Assembly (NCBI GenBank): GCA_000934665.2 | Contig: KZ537982.1 | Coordinates: forward strand, 124,001-188,000 | Direction: 5' to 3' | DNA length: 64,000 bases | DNA from: Catajapyx aquilonaris | Lineage: Eukaryota | Shown here: one piece after another, positions 1 to 20,543 of the stretch | Layout: every line of letters starts with the position of its first letter | Numbering within the stretch: position 1 is the stretch's first letter | Notes under the pieces: model-generated | Told to the model about the DNA's origin: nothing | Databases searched by the model: none | Seen by the model: the letters and a program-made list of their open reading frames with translations, nothing else | Position numbers and translations under genes: made by a program

Positions 1-3000
1 TGGGTTTTTGGGTATCTGTGAAAGTATCCCGCTGTATTGGCACGCGACTTGAAGCGCTCGAAATTGATATCTGAGCAATTTTTTTTTTACTCTGCAAATG
101 AATAAACAGACGCAAAAAAATATTGTCGCACTGTATCCATGTGGTGTCCCGCGACTTGTTGTTTATCCTAGGCGAGTACATTAACAATAACCTGCACCTG
201 TACAGATATTGGTCCCACCTGTCAGCATTGATTGAACCGTTGTGTTACCATATGACATGAAGCATGCCGCACGTCTGCGTGGTCGTGTCTTCCGACGCGT
301 TTTCATGGCCGGGGTCTGGCTTTTTTTTTTCTTTTTTTTCCACGGACGTCCCAGGGAAGAGGAAATGACGTGACCGACATGGGAAATGTGGAAATTAGAT
401 AGCATGGCAGAATGAGCACTTAACGAACCTACCTGTACACTTTGAAGCGAATCGGAGAAACATTTGAAATTTTAAATACTGTCGTTGAGGAAGTGCAGCC
501 GACGGGTTTACGGTCTCCACGTGTAAGTGTTGTCTATATGCGAAAAATTGGTTGTGAATGGCGATTCTTTTTTGCACGTGTGTGTTACGTGCTGAAAAGT
601 ATAGAGGAATCTCATTCGTGGCGATAAAAGGGAGCAGAGTAGGTGGAGTTACGTTTTTTTTGCATAAAAATAATAGGCCGTAGCCTCGTAAATTTGTGCG
701 GAATTTGTCCGAAATTGGACAATTCCAGCAAAAGAATGTGGACACCAGGTTTTTGGCCTGTTGAATTTTCCTGCTACCTGCACGCACGACACGCATGGTC
801 TTACCTAGCAATTGCGCGGATTTTTTTTTCTCGTTACGAGTTTATAACCTGGCGTCTTCGATGATGAATGGAGCAGGCGTATGTTTCCTGGAGTGAGTCA
901 CCTAGCGATGACCTCAGGTATCGGCCCGCGCACCTGTGCTGATATTCGTGACTACGTAATGTCAATAACGGAAAGGAGGACGCGTCATGATTTTTTCCAC
1001 GTTGAATTCGGCGATCAACGAACCTGAATCAATATGAGGCCGGAAATTGAAACTGGCGGCCATGACAGTTAAGGGCAAAAGCTGGTGTGACTTCTTCCAA
1101 ATGGATGTCACCAGGACGTGCACCCAGCTGGTGTCAAAATGAGTGCTCGCAGGTGTGAAACGAGAAGGGTTTGACCTTGCACTACCTGATTCGCCCGAGT
1201 GCATCGGCGGCCAGGAGAAAGGATGGGACAAGGTCATCTTCTTTCTCCCCACATGCCCCCTTATCAAAAGGTGAGAGTGTACGTGCCATATTGCCACTCG
1301 GAGACACGTGAGCCGGATACGGAAATGCAGGAACTGGCGGAACCGGATTCTCACATTGTCACCACCTCGGACTTGACCACCTGGTATTATAAGATGGTGA
1401 GGTCCATCCAAGTCGCCCATCTTTTATTGCCTAACTGTTGGGCTGATATCCCGTTGGACTCTGCAAGTCGTTTGTTGATAGCGATGCATAACGGTAGTAT
1501 CGGATAGAACCATTTAGAGGCCTCATCACACCCCTCATTACACATGCATGAGCATAATTTGGCGGACCCAGCAAGACGTGGCCTACTTATATTTGGCCAC
1601 CCCTTTTGGTCAGAGCAGGGTAATTATTATCGTAGTGCATATGTGTCCTAAGTGCGGGCTTATTAACCTTTTGCCCCGTGTCGCATGGTGCGTTTTGTTG
1701 AGGAGAAAACAGGCACGCAGGATGCTGACGTGCGTGGGAATGAGCCAGTTTTGGTAACTTTGACCCCTGACTGTGGACTTCCATAAAGCAGACCTCCCTG
1801 AGAGCCATAAAAGCCACGGGGTAGCTCAAGTGACTACCGCAATGGGTTTCTTATGTAATGTTCGAAAATTTTCGGTTTTTGGAAGTTAGTGTGTGAAGGA
1901 GTCGGTTTCTTCATTTCCTTTTTTTTTTTTTCGGTGGATAGGGGGAGCCATGTGGGGTGTGGAAAAAGCTCCACCGAAAATAAACCCGACCCCAACTTGA
2001 GCTATGAATGAAGACCCCGTGAATGAAGAAAGTGCAGCCTCCCCGCCTCCTTCCAGGAAAAGCAAAGGAGCTGGGCTAGCAGGCGCCTTTGCTCCGGTTT
2101 GATCCGAAGAGTAGCCGGGAGATTTTTTTTTTTCAAAATGGACTAAAGGATCTTGCTCTCCCGGAAATGAGTCAGTTTCCGGATGCACCTTGAACTTAAA
2201 AGGAGGATTGCGACATCGGGATGAGTCCGGCGACTCGGAATAGGGGCACGCGCACGACATCACCGTTGTTCCATGTATATTACAGTGCAATTCGATTTTT
2301 TTGCGGTTGAGTCACTCGTTCGTGTGGGCAGAACTGCTCAAATGGCTGGATTTAGTCACTCGGGGAAGCAGCAAAGTTGGTCGGGTGGGTGAACCGAGTA
2401 GGTATTGTCAGGTTGGACTTACAACCCAGATAAATAAAGAAAAAGCATAATCCAAAGGGACTTGTAAAATTACTAAATGATTTGTAATTACCTACATACG
2501 AAGGTATTATTCTATGATACGAAGCATTTAAAAAGCATGAATTGGTCCGAACAGAGCCAATATATTTGGATGGCCCTTTTTATTTATTGTTCGCTATAGA
2601 TATTTTCTATCGTGTATCCCCACATTTTTTTTCTTCTATTTACGCCAATGGTGGACTTCGACCCTTGTTCTATCGGGCCATTCAATTAGTTGCACGCACC
2701 TCCTTACTAAGGGTTGTATCAACACCAATTAAGAAAAAAAAAATACCTATTATGAACACGATTTCCAAGTGTTGAATTGTACATTTTGCCATAATTTACG
2801 TTCGTACATCCATCTCTAACGACTTATAATGTGAAGTACTAATGGCTGTCAACAATATCAACAAATGTTGAATGCGTTCACTGCTGCCGTTTACATGTTT
2901 TCTGCAACCGAGCAGTTGTGTACAGGCTCAATGAAAGGGGTGTACTAGCAGAGGTCATGTTACTGATAGTGTCGGGTTTCATAATATTTTGGTTTTAAAA

Positions 3001-6000
3001 AGCAGCTTTATAGTACGTGAAAGGTGACACCTGTACGATGTGGTAGTGGTGGGTGTGAGGACAATGAATGAAAAGGGGGCTGTATGTCTGGTGCTCTTGT
3101 GCAGCGACATTCATTCCCAGGCTGGCCCAGCCGAGGCAGGTAACTGACCTTGGGCTTACAGACCCCCATCGTCATCTTACCTGTTCGTGTCAGATAAAGG
3201 CAATTATCTGTAGGGTGGAAGGAGTGGGCCATTACAAAGAATGGGGGGATAAACCCCTTGAAGGGGGGTGGGATTATGATCAAAAAAGGAAGGAAGTAGA
3301 ACCAATCAGTGCAGGGGTGCAGACATGGGCTCCCAATAAGAAGGGAAGGCGCTGGCCACCCAAAGGGAAGGTGATTCCAAGAGCTGATGAAGGACATGCT
3401 CAGGCGTCCTTGAGGCGTCGTGAGAGTGTCTCCCCTTCAGCGTGCCCCTACTACCCTCCCTCCCTCCCACTCCTCGTGTCGGGTTGACACCGTGTCGCAG
3501 GTTTCCAGACGCCAAATGTAAAATGGCTGCTACTTCCGGGAGAGAGGTCGGGTCACCCAAATGCTGGCTCAGAAGCGAAAAATATACATAGCCTATGTTA
3601 GCAACCCTTGACCTCGACGATGTTGGTCAGGTGCTGTGTTCAAAAACACTCGCTTGTTGTATCAACTATGATTAGGTACTGTACATAATAGAGTACTTTT
3701 CCGTAATGTGAGCTGACACAAACATCATAAGGCTCATGAAAATTTGTTGTGCTAAAAAAATTCAGTTTAGGGCCAAAATGTATGGCTGATGCACCCTGTG
3801 TTTACGCGAATACACACCCACTGCTGGCGTGCAATTTGCGTCAATATTGTTTGTTGCCACCGCATATCTGCCAATTTCGCCATTCCATTATGTGCACAAC
3901 TCGAAGGTTTCGAGCTTGCGTCAAACCCAATGGACGATTAACCGTCTTGACAATACACAATTCTGAGTAATCTTTATGGCGCTTATCTCTAAGCTGGCGA
4001 TAGCGACAATATGAGGAGAACGTCGCTGCAGGACGGCGACGTCTCCAGAAAAAATGTGGCGGATACGATTTTGTTCAGGAAGGTTGCTGGGGTAAAACAT
4101 CTTTGGAAATGTTGAGGGTAGAGAGTAGCCCACTTAATTTTTGGCAACTGCGTTTTTTGGCAAACGTAACTGGCTGTCAAAAATCTGGTTGTGTTCCCTC
4201 CCCCCCCCCCCCCNCCTCCCCCCCCCCCCCGGCCTAAAAGTAAGAGTAGGAGGTGGGTGAAAAACGAGATTGGAGAGGAAGTTCGGACATGCGTTTTGGC
4301 TGGCCAGATTGGCGCCATGCATACGCACAAATACACACATTATTTATTCCCTGGGACAAATTTTGGCTGGAGCTGAGGAGGGTTCGCACCTGGCCCTGTC
4401 TCTTCCTCCATCCTGGGGCCATTGATGAGAGACACAGGGAGGGTTCCATGGCCTCTTGTCTGGGTATTTTTAGGATAGAATAAGAGGTGGGGTACTATTG
4501 GAACCAGGTTGGCTGGCTGGTGGGATTTGCCAGGTACGATGCGTCACTTGATGGAACACATCCGAGTTAATTTGTAGAGAAATTGATATTTGATTGGTGA
4601 GAGCCATGGCTTTGATGTAGCAGTTCCAGCAGTATTTCAGTGCCACGTTTTGCTCCGGTTTTAAAAACGGATCCACATAACATGTCCCCTTCCAAAATAG
4701 TACTTATGTAAGTGAAAATGTGCTTTCAGTGTAGCGTCTGCTGCCTTTCGCATCGTTCGTCAAGCTTTTAAAACAGGCTCACACTTGGTTAGCCATCCCA
4801 GAAGTCCCCCCCTTTTTTTCCTTCCTTCCTATCCACCCCAAGCTGGTTCTCCCCCTCGCCTCGGGGCAAAACCATCTTCTTCTTTCCCCCCTCCCGTTGT
4901 GTCTTCTGGTCTCTGGCGGCACCTCAACTCGAAGTGGCGCCTGCTTGGGGGTTCGCGTGGGCCGTCAAAAGTCTCCCCCCAAAAATAAAACGAGGCTAAG
5001 ATTATCCGAGGCGAACAGCCACCACAAAAACCCATCACCTCAAAAACTCTCCCACCCCCTCCAAAACGCCACATCTGAAACAGCAGCAGCAGCAACAACA
5101 ACGTAATTCGACTCCTACGCAGACCTGGCGCCATCTATATGGTTGCTTTCCCGCCAAAAAATATAGTGGTGGATCACTTCCGGTGTGTAATAAAAACCCA
5201 AGCTGTTTTGCTCCTGAGACCGTGACTGAAGAGGTCGGGGGCAGCATGGACTGTTTCTTTTGCAGTTTTTCTTGGGGGGACGTGGCAGGACAATGCTGAT
5301 TGTGGATGGCCCCCCTGGTGCTATTGTTCGGGTGTTCTAGTGGCACTATTTTTAACGTGGCGTATCTAGTGTGAAAGGGTGGTAAATGAGCCGTATGTTA
5401 TACGAAGTGCCGCTATGTGAAAATTTTTGTCATATCGAGATGCTTGGGATTACTCGATGGCGACGTATAGTTTTACCTTGCACGTAAATATGCTGCCAAT
5501 CTGCGTATGCGCTGTTTTGACGTGAGAAAAAGTGGAAAGTTAGGCATTTTTTTTCGTTTATGAGTTGGTTCCTGGTTTCTAAGTGATTCCAGGTAGAAAA
5601 CTACCATGGGTTGGATGGATACTGATTTCATCAGAACTGACCGCTCGTGTGGGGAAAAAGGGGGCTCATATACACACTAGTGCAGATAATTGGCGAAATA
5701 CACCTTTAGATCGGGGGTTGATATACCGAATCGCACATTCCATCGCGCAGTATGTTCCGACAAGCCAGGTAGACATCATGGCCCACAGGTGATGTCCACT
5801 AACAGGCACACGTAGGCGTGCCCTATCTGGAAACGAAAATATACACAAGTCGTAAAAGTCTGGATAATCTTTGCAGAGCAGAGTCTGCTGCTTTATTTTT
5901 CCCTTGACCGCAGAATCTATCATTAGAAGTTTCTTCTCCCCCTCATGCTGCTGCCGGTTTTGGGAACGTCTATTCCCGGTTGACTTGCTGGTGGAGGCAA

Positions 6001-7055
6001 AGCGACGTCGGAGGTGTCGGAGGAATGGTAGGGGTAGTTCATGGGGCATAAGAAGTATTTTTGGTGGAGGGGGAGGAACACACTGGTGGCACCGGTTTGG
6101 TTGTGCGAAGTTGTCGTGGCGACCTTTTACGCACTGAGACCTTGATGATTGTGGGTCAGCCAGGTTTGGTTGGAGGACATGCGGAAGTTGCAGAAGACAT
6201 TGGAACATTTATGAATATTATCTTCTGTGGTGAAGGTAATCGTGGACATATGTTAGGCACGGATTTGGCGCACCGATTTGCTCCTGGCTGAATCGCAGAA
6301 AATCATGCCTCCAGCTTGTTCTGCGAATCTCCCGGCGTTTAGGGAATCCATTGAAGTGGACAGGGGACATTGCCCTGGGAGGAATGTACACATGTGTGTG
6401 CATGAATTTTTCTTGGCCTTCCCCCCCTTCCACCCACCTCTAAAACAGGCAGGGGAGCCAAAATGATTCTGATGCACAATTATTATTATTTTCCGAGGCC
6501 TATTAGAGCCGGAGGCTGAATATACCGTTTGATTGCCCTCCTTGTGGACAGCGGTGACCTCCAATTGGGAGCCCTTGCGAGGTCGAGTGGGCAGTCTGTC
6601 CGAGGCGTGGACGGTCCGGAACAACCGTCGATGAATGAGGAATGAATCGGTGGTTTCCCATCCAACCCAACCTCCCCCAACCCCCCCATCCTGGCCCACA
6701 CCCCTACCAAGCGTCGTTGAACTCTTACCACTGCTGTGTTTCCGTGTAAGTTCGTGGCGTCTTGCTTGGGTGGACCTCAATGACCTCTACCATACACACT
6801 TTTTGGCCGGATACGCAACGGAATGTGAAGCAATATTAATTACCATTTTGGCTACAAATATCTAAAATATTGCAAACAATTTGTTACTGGAGTCCAGCGA
6901 ATTGCGGTGTTGCGGCTTCAATTAGCGGGTGATAATCCGGGCCCGAGTGACCAATTAACCCGTCGTTAGCGCGTCAGGGGAATAACCTTGCATTTTTCTC
7001 GCACCAGAGGACGCTGACATTGTGATGCGAAAGTGTCGTAACAAGTTAGGTAACA

Positions 7056-7059
<4 letters not shown>

Positions 7060-7089
<30 letters not shown>
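7060..7089. repeat. (GA)n microsatellite
   Basis: About 15 uninterrupted GA units. Confidence 0.9.
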
Positions 7090-7093
<4 letters not shown>

Positions 7094-10000
7094 ACTTTCT
7101 TGGTCACGGTTGGACCCGCACATTCAAACCCGACTCGAGAGCGGAACTTTGCTTTTTTTTCTCACACACACACACACCAAAAGGTGGCTATTTCGGATAT
7201 TAGATAACTTTAGGAGAGATGCTCGTTTGAGTCAACATAGGGTGAGCCGAATTGCATTTTTGCTGGCTGCGTCGTTATGTGAACCCACCAAAGTGGTTCG
7301 TGACTCGCGAAGGTAACATCCGTAAAGCGCTTTTCCACTTATAGCACCATGATGTGAGAGCATAGTTGTATTTGCTCGAGGCACCTATACATGTCTCGGA
7401 TGGAATGTGGAAGATGTGCAGAAGCGTCGAGGACCAAATATAGCTTAGCCGTAAATGTGGTGTGCTGAAGAGGTAAAATACGAGAACGTTGCCTGTGCGG
7501 TGAATATATTCCGAGTGTGTGGGTGTGGAAGCGAGAGAAAGAGTTGGTTCGTCTTCATGCTCACACGGATACAGGGTATGTCTTGAACCCCCTATACTTC
7601 CCGTCTTCGCGGCTGGTTCCCCATGGCGGCTACGTGCATGCGTGTATGTTCTTCGAAGCAGCCCAAAAATGGCAGGACAACGTCCATCCAGCTCCCCATC
7701 CAAAAAATCGTTTTTCAACCCACCCCCCTCCCTATTTTGCCCGTTTTCTACATCTCACCTTGGGAGTCCTGGCGTCCGTAGGGGCGAAACGGTAACAGAA
7801 GCAGGCTTGGTATTTGGCCTCGTAGTTGCCACACTTGCCACTTTTTTGTGTGTGGTTTGGTCCTGATCGTAATGATTGTTTGGATGGGTATTTTGGATGG
7901 GGTTGGGCTAAGGTGGGGGGTTTTTTATGTCATTTTTTTAAGGAGGGGGCTAATGTGCGTACAAAGCAGGTGTCAGGTGCATGGAGATTTCCATGTGGCA
8001 ACAGGATCCTAGTTGGGCCCTGAGGGTAGGAGGAACCTTGAGGATTTCAGATGGGCGGCCCCCAGGTGGGTCACAATCGTTTCTTCAGGTATGGAGGGGA
8101 GGGAAGGTGGCAGGTAGAGTGGAGGGTTCTTCTCTTCTCCCCCCATTGCGGTCCTACCTTTTGTTCACCTTCCCGAGACGGTGCGCAGTGTCTGGCACTG
8201 ACCACTGGACATGGAGCAATCTCATATGCATGCCTCCCAAATAGGGTGCTCCTCTCTATTGATATGTAATGACGAATTAGGCACGCGCTGGATACAACAA
8301 AGGGTTGCGAAACCTGGACCGTTTTGTAATGGCGCATAGGCACTGAAAGGGAAATCAGTGCATTGCAAGTAGGTTGGGGCGAGTGTGTGAAAGTGAGAAA
8401 AATGGATAAAGGTAAAATATTCTGGGAAGCTTAGTCAGGTGGACGGGGCCCCAACCGGAGGGTCAAGGTTGCCCACTGGCAGGTGCGTTTTTTTTGTTGT
8501 TGTATTCTTCCCCGGAGTGGTCCTTGAAGGTGCTTCTTTGAGATGGGGATGGTGCGGCCATCTTAAAAAAAAGCGCTGGTGCTGCTGCTAGGCGACTGAA
8601 ACCCAAACGAAGGCAGGTCAAATCCGGTCGGGGCAACCCTCCTTTCTCTGCCTGTCGCAATTCCGGTGTCTTCCGAGAGGACTCATCCTTCGAAAATTGG
8701 GGAAGGGGGAAAGGCAACAGGCTTGTGGTGCAAGTCGAGATGAACGCAACTTTCGCCTCAACGACAAGGCGGAGCGATTCTTGGCTCTTGGCGAAAGTGG
8801 GTCGAGTGTGTGTGTATAAGGGACGAAGGAAGGAGGGGGTTGAATGTTGAGAGTCCAGCAATCATTTTTGGTGGTCCTAATTATACACCACATAATTTCA
8901 AACAAATTTTTCAAACATTTTGGTGGCGAAATTGTGCTGATTAAATGATCACAACTTGAAGCAGCACGCGAATCGTATCGAAGCGATGCATTGGAAACCA
9001 CGGAGAAATCATCCATCTCGACGATCGGAAGGAGATCGTGATGCGATCATGAAGGGCGACGTGCTACCCGTATTAAGGGAAGGATTGATTCGCAGACTAA
9101 TTTTAATGTCTGGCCCAATTAACGCAGTGGTTTCAGGTACGGGCTTAATTGCGATGGGCATGGTGCCGGAAACTTTTTATCGTCGACCCTACTGCTAATT
9201 CTCACACCTTGTGGTCTCAGGGAGTTATCAAGTTTCCATACGAGCGCGTGACCATTAAGTACATCCGACTTCAATATTGGGAGGAAGTGACCTTTCGGAA
9301 AGGAAATAAACTGTATACATATTATATATAAAAAAAGTGTAGACGATGGCCTTAGTTTGCAACCTTGTAGCTGGGGGTACGGTCTGGGATTAATCTGTTG
9401 GTGCAAAGAAAGTCACGTATGTTTGCGTACACACACTGCCAGGTCCAAGTGGGTCATGCGTTGATTTCACCGCGATTAGGCAACCAAGTTGATTTTCGAA
9501 CCTGATTTTAATTGTCACGATTAATGGTTTTCTCTTGAAAGGAGGCTCAAATTGGGTGGGATAAATTCGACACATTTGTGTCGAGGTATTCATTTTTAAA
9601 TGTTCATTAGTAGTTTTATAGATGCATATAAGGTCTTGGTCCATACACGGGGTGTGAAATTAATGCTGTAAATATATTTAAATTTTGATTTTAGACACCC
9701 CGTACGTGCCTAATCCTTTACACAATGACAGGATGTCAGAGAATTAGATGAGTAAATAAAGGTGCAAATTAATACTGCGAGCTACGATACGTATGGTCCA
9801 GGAAATACAATAGTGACCATTTGCGCACAGTTTATGCGCATACCTGCAAAAGCCTGCGCAGAAGTGTGTTCAAATGAGGATTCTGCGCATTATTTGGACG
9901 TGGGTTGTACGGTATACCGCCGGGTTCTGTAATATACACCCTAGCTTGGCCTTTCCTGCTCGCACACATGACACCAAAGCGTGCTTTTCTGCCATGGGTA

Positions 10001-12327
10001 CCCTATTGTTTGATGGAAGGACAATGAGCGATTCATTGATGGCAGGCAGTCTGCGCTTCTCTTGATTGCCCTTCAAGCACGCGCGGGTGGTATAGGCATA
10101 TGGTAGGTATGCTGCCACAATGTGTTTGCATCATCCTGTACATGCACATATCCAGAGAGCTTATTCGACATTAGTACACCAAGCATAAACTTGCACAGTA
10201 CACGTGCTGTGCAAGTTCGTGTTGGTTTATTCTCTCTTTCGGTTTCCGTTTGGTACATTTTGTTGCTAACCCCTGCTGGTCCCCTCGTTTCCCGTTACAC
10301 TTGGGAGCGGCACTGTTGTTGCCTTTTATACCCAAAATAGGATGGGTTGGGGTGAGGCACTTGTGCGTAAAGCTACTTAGTTGGACTGATGGATGAATGG
10401 GAGAGTAGGGAGGGGTCACTTTTTCCAAAAAATTAGGTTCTGCAGGAGTGCCTTTTTATACATGGTCGGATGTACAGTAAATTGGGGGAAATTTCGCGTT
10501 AAGGCTTAACCCAATTATCAGCTAAGTGATATTAGCTTTATCAGACTTGGGGTAGTTAATTGCCGGGTATTAAAAGGCTTCTTCCTGGTCCCTTAGCGCA
10601 TTTTACCACCGCTTTTTTTTTCGGCTGCTGGCTCAAATATATGGTATGATCTGAATAAATTATTTTATGCCCACTTAAATTTTTTTTCTGCATCAGTCAA
10701 CGCCGTGTAAGGTAATTTTGGGAGTTTTCCCTAGCGAGTGAGCTGTCACTCGTTGCCATATACTGCACCATAAATCTGTAATGAAGGGCCATAACTTAAC
10801 CTGTGCCGCGACAGTACCGGTATTATGTAATAACCGTTGGAACATGCTTAGATGTACCGGTATGGTAGCCTAAAACCAGTTTTCCTTGTTAGCGGTGGCT
10901 GTGCCGTCAGCGTTTATTTTGATGTCCTAGCATGTATGATAGGCGTTGCATATTGTGTGTCTAAATAGCTCAGCGTGTGAATGCATTTCCTCCGGGCCTC
11001 TCTACCTGCCTCTGCACATTACAGCGTATAAGCACTACATAATGAGTTCAATCTTGTAATACTGACGTCGCAATGGGCAGTGATTGTCAACAATACGGTG
11101 CAACTAATAGTTATAGAAGGACATGATTTTGCAATATTGAAATGTATGTGGAGATCACCATTCATGCTTGCAGCCCCGTGCAATACACCGAATTCGCTCC
11201 GGAAACCATATTGCTTCTTATGGACACAAAAGGGCGTCCCCTTTTGTTTGCGGTCAAAATGCGTCTTTCCTGTGCAGAATAACACGCTTCGTGTGGGAAA
11301 AAAGTGGGAAGCCATCTTTTTGCACCTTTTTGTGTATACATATCGAAGATCCTGGAATTTCCCTCCAGAAGAAAGGGGTCAGGACCATCGAACCAAGCGA
11401 CATTCGATGTAGCTCAAGGTGGATTTGTGGGCACGAAATGTACCTAGTTGGAACATCTTCAATCAGCCTGCTCGAGTGACCCGTGGCGTGACTGCTGTCG
11501 TCTCATATATAGGATGTGCATCGGAGCTTGATCATCCTGATCGAAGAAGAGTGGCCAAGGACGATGAAGAGAGTGAGGAATGCAAACTGTGGACCTGCTC
11601 AACTTTCGCCTTCGTAACAATGATCGTGGGGGGAATGGGTAGAGAGGGGTGGGTTGGGATAGAATTATTGCTAGGAGGGGTTCTGGTTTGGCTGGGAGGT
11701 TGGTTGGGTGGACAAGGATGAGGATGGAATGCGGTTGCGGCGAGACCTTAGCTTTTTGGGAGGATGTACCAGCCGAGAATGATAAGCTGGGTATGAGTTT
11801 GAAAATCTGCGAATAAACTATTGATACGGCGCGTTCAAATGAATTAAATGAAATCGCTAGCTGAAACATGCACCACGAAGCTATGAATGGGGTCCCCCCC
11901 AAACCTTGTCATAGTCATCCACACCTACACGGACTGTAATCTCCACATGAGTTAACTTAACCTACCAGTGCAGGTCAAGTAGTGTGTCACGCTCGCACAA
12001 CATGTGACCCACTTTCTCTTCAGACATCGGAGGGGGGATACGAAACCCGCAATCAGTAGTGTCACTAGAAATAGTGGACGTATATACGGGAGGCCCCTTT
12101 TTGTCACCTACAAACGCGTGATTTCGGAGGTCGTGAGGGAGGGAGGTCTTATCTTTGCTCTTTGACCCCTCTGGGAGGAGGGGGGGAAAACTGTACGTGT
12201 CCGTATATTTACTTCACGCATAACGACGGCGACCAATTTCTGCTTGACCTCCGCTAGTCAGTATCGGGTGAAGGGAGTACAGTTACGCCATATTTTCTTG
12301 CTAACACGTTTTGTTTATCCTCTGCAG

Positions 12328-17616
<5,289 letters not shown>

Positions 17617-20287
17617 AGTCAAGTCCAGTTGAGGAGCCCTTTTATGTGCAATGACTTTAACAGAAGTATTAACTGACAAGTGTGGAATCCTCGTGATCTT
17701 GCAAAGGAGGAACTTCTGCAGTGGATTCTTAATCCCAAAATGCGTGCCATTGCTGGGAAGTGCAAGAGAGTAGATTGCGAGGAAGGCAGTTCTGCCGTGC
17801 AATCATCCGCAGGTGTTGAAAATGGTACTGGTAGCTATTTTGTGGCCTTCAGAAATTTTGTGCCTCTGTGATAAACTTTGTACATCTTATTCTGGTATAT
17901 TGCCGATCATGTGCCCGCAAGAATTTATGAACTAAGGTGCCTTATTATGTGACAATCAGAGTACTGTAGATATTGTTTCCTACTTGCTCAGGCCGCAATA
18001 ATGGGTTGAACTTACATGCAGTATGTCTGATGGACCGGCAGACTACAGTAACTGTATGCAGCTAAGATTTATGAAAATATTTAGTACAACATGCTAATGA
18101 GCTCGACAAAATAAAAATGAACAAAAATGCAGGTAAAGACGAGTGCCTTGATACTTATGGAAGGCATGGAATTTTTTAAATTTAAAGTTCTTGCAAGTAT
18201 AGTACTTATAATAATTGCTCTGGCACATATGTGACCGTATAAATTGTATTATATGAAATGTGCAGCTTAGCTAAGATGGTTATGTAGCTAACAAGCATCA
18301 TGTTTTGACACTTTGCATGCAGCTGTATTTATAACTCTTTTCAAATGAAATTTCTAGCAAAGATGCTGCGAAATGGAACCAGCGTTTATTTGGCAGCTAT
18401 GCCACAAAGCACTTCATGCAATAAGAGTCTGTAATATGAGTCCAAACTCAACCTTGATGATGGGAACCTAATCTCCAGTGGGGTTTCCCCAGCATCATGA
18501 CCTCAATCCACGTGAACCTAATGACCAAAATAGGTGATATGGGATACCAAGAGATTTTTAGCCTGTTCCTTGCATGCCATGCTCATGAGAGTAATTGGAT
18601 GTTGCGTTTGCTCAAGTGTGGAGGCAAGAGGTGCAGAGAGTCCTTCTTCTTGCACTCTGATAAGTGGCAGCTGTTGATGGCAATGTTGCAATAGCACGTT
18701 GTTTTCAGTTGCAAGAGGACAGGATCTCCTGTTGCGCCCCAAATTTTGGAGGGTAAAGAAAACAAAGAGGCATTAATCTGAGAATTAGACCTGGTGAACG
18801 AAAGGATATTAAGGCCACAATGGACTCAAATCTCGTTACTTGTTATAAGGAAGGCGTAGGCGTAGAGATGTAGTTGCATTGGGTAGTTGTGTCAAATGTT
18901 TTGTGTACTTTTGTGTGCAGCAATGAATTCTTGTCCATAATTTTAATGCAGCAGTACAGTACACGTATGGTTTGACGAAGAGAACTGTTAGTCAATTATG
19001 AATTGAAATGGTGCAATAATCCAGGTACTGGTTACAAGTGCAAAGCAGAAGCAGCTCTTGTGATGTGTTAAGATCAAGAAACACGATCCATCCACTTTAA
19101 TGCCATTATTGTTGTATACTCCTGTTGCTCAAAGTTTAAAAAAAAATGTTGATACCAATAATTAAGCAACTGAAAACGTGCAAATAACCAGGAAGTGCAA
19201 CTGTTGGCACTCGTAAATATTCACTTACGACAGCTGTCTCCACTGTGACAGTATTCAATAAGGGACATGGGTGCATTTACAAAGACATTGTGTCTTATAG
19301 GTGAAATATGGGTTTAGAACACATTTTTATAGGGTATCAGACTTGCTCAAAGTAACATTTACATGGTGGGATCTCGGTGACACAAGATGGATCATTTAAC
19401 TTCCCATGGCCCTGGTAAAGGAATTATATCGAGTTCAATGCACAAGTGCAGCCTATCCTGTATTAGTTGCTAATTAGTTGCATTAAGTGGCAGAAAATTT
19501 TATTGTGAGACCAAGATCGTTGATAATGTTGAACAACACGAGAAAACGTTTTGGACGAAAAGATGAGTCCAGCATGTTTCAGGTGAAAAGTGATTTTATA
19601 AAAATTGTTACAAATTTATTGTTGCCTCGTTAATCCCACACAAATATTACCCCATGATTTCAATGGGGTGTGGTTTTTGATTCGAGATTAATGAAAATTG
19701 CGGAACTCTGAAGTTTAGTGTACTCTTGTGACCATTTTGTAAATGAAGTTTTAGTCTCCAATTACTTCAAGTTAACTCATTTGTTGACATGGTTAGTGTT
19801 ACTCCAACATGTTGTAAAAATGAGCTTGCCACCACATTGCCTTTGGACAAAAAGTGATTATTCATTTTCATCAGAAATTGAACTGGAAATGCAGCTATTT
19901 TCTAACTTCAGGCCATATGTTCATTTTTTTTTCCTTAGTTGATAAGGCATTCATGTAGTGGTTCTAGATGAAGGTGTTGGGTTTGGTATTAAGTTTATGT
20001 ATAACTCACTGAATGATGCTGCCCATGTTTATTATCACTGTTTTCATCATAGTCTATTCTTATTACTAATCCCTTTAAAGCAGTGACGATATTCCTGCTG
20101 TAATTGCATTGACAATCTGATTATTTTGTACAGTATTATGGTAAGGATGATTTTTTTTTGAATTGTACAATATGTCCACTGACAAAAATAAAAATGTGCA
20201 GCTCATGCTATAAGCATGTGACATTAGCTGACTGCAGATATTTCTTAGTCCTGAATTATGTGTTTGCTTGACCAGTATTTGTTATTT

Positions 20288-20543
20288 ATTTATTTTACCC
20301 CATTGGGAGAATTGGCGCCCCATTAGGGGGGTGGAATACCACCATTGGATGGGGCCAGGGATAGGGAGGGAAGGAAGCAAGCGGCTGCGGCCTATTATAC
20401 GGAAACAACCCCAGAATTATCCTGGGGGGACCGTGGAATACCACAGAAAACCCACGGTCAGGATCGATGGCCCCGGGAATCGAACCCAGGACCTCCCGAT
20501 TAGCAGTCGGACTCCTCAACTACCACACCAACCTGATTTAGTC
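20288..20543 (-). mobile_element. tRNA-derived SINE with 16-bp target-site duplication
   Basis: Direct repeat CCAGTATTTGTTATTT at 20272-20287 and 20544-20559. Minus strand has an A-box-like TGGTAGTTGAGG, B-box GGTTCGATTCCC (20475-20486) and a (TAAA)n tail. Confidence 0.85.

Noticed and set aside
7669..7730. KKSFFNPPP, resembling the YAP TEAD-binding motif RxLPxSFFxPP
   Set aside because: Lacks the preceding PMRxRxLP, the helical LxxLF segment and a following HxRxxS; chance match.
1..12327. Many 60-180 aa ORFs on both strands
   Set aside because: No recognisable domains or consistent exon chain; best explained as yorkie intron.
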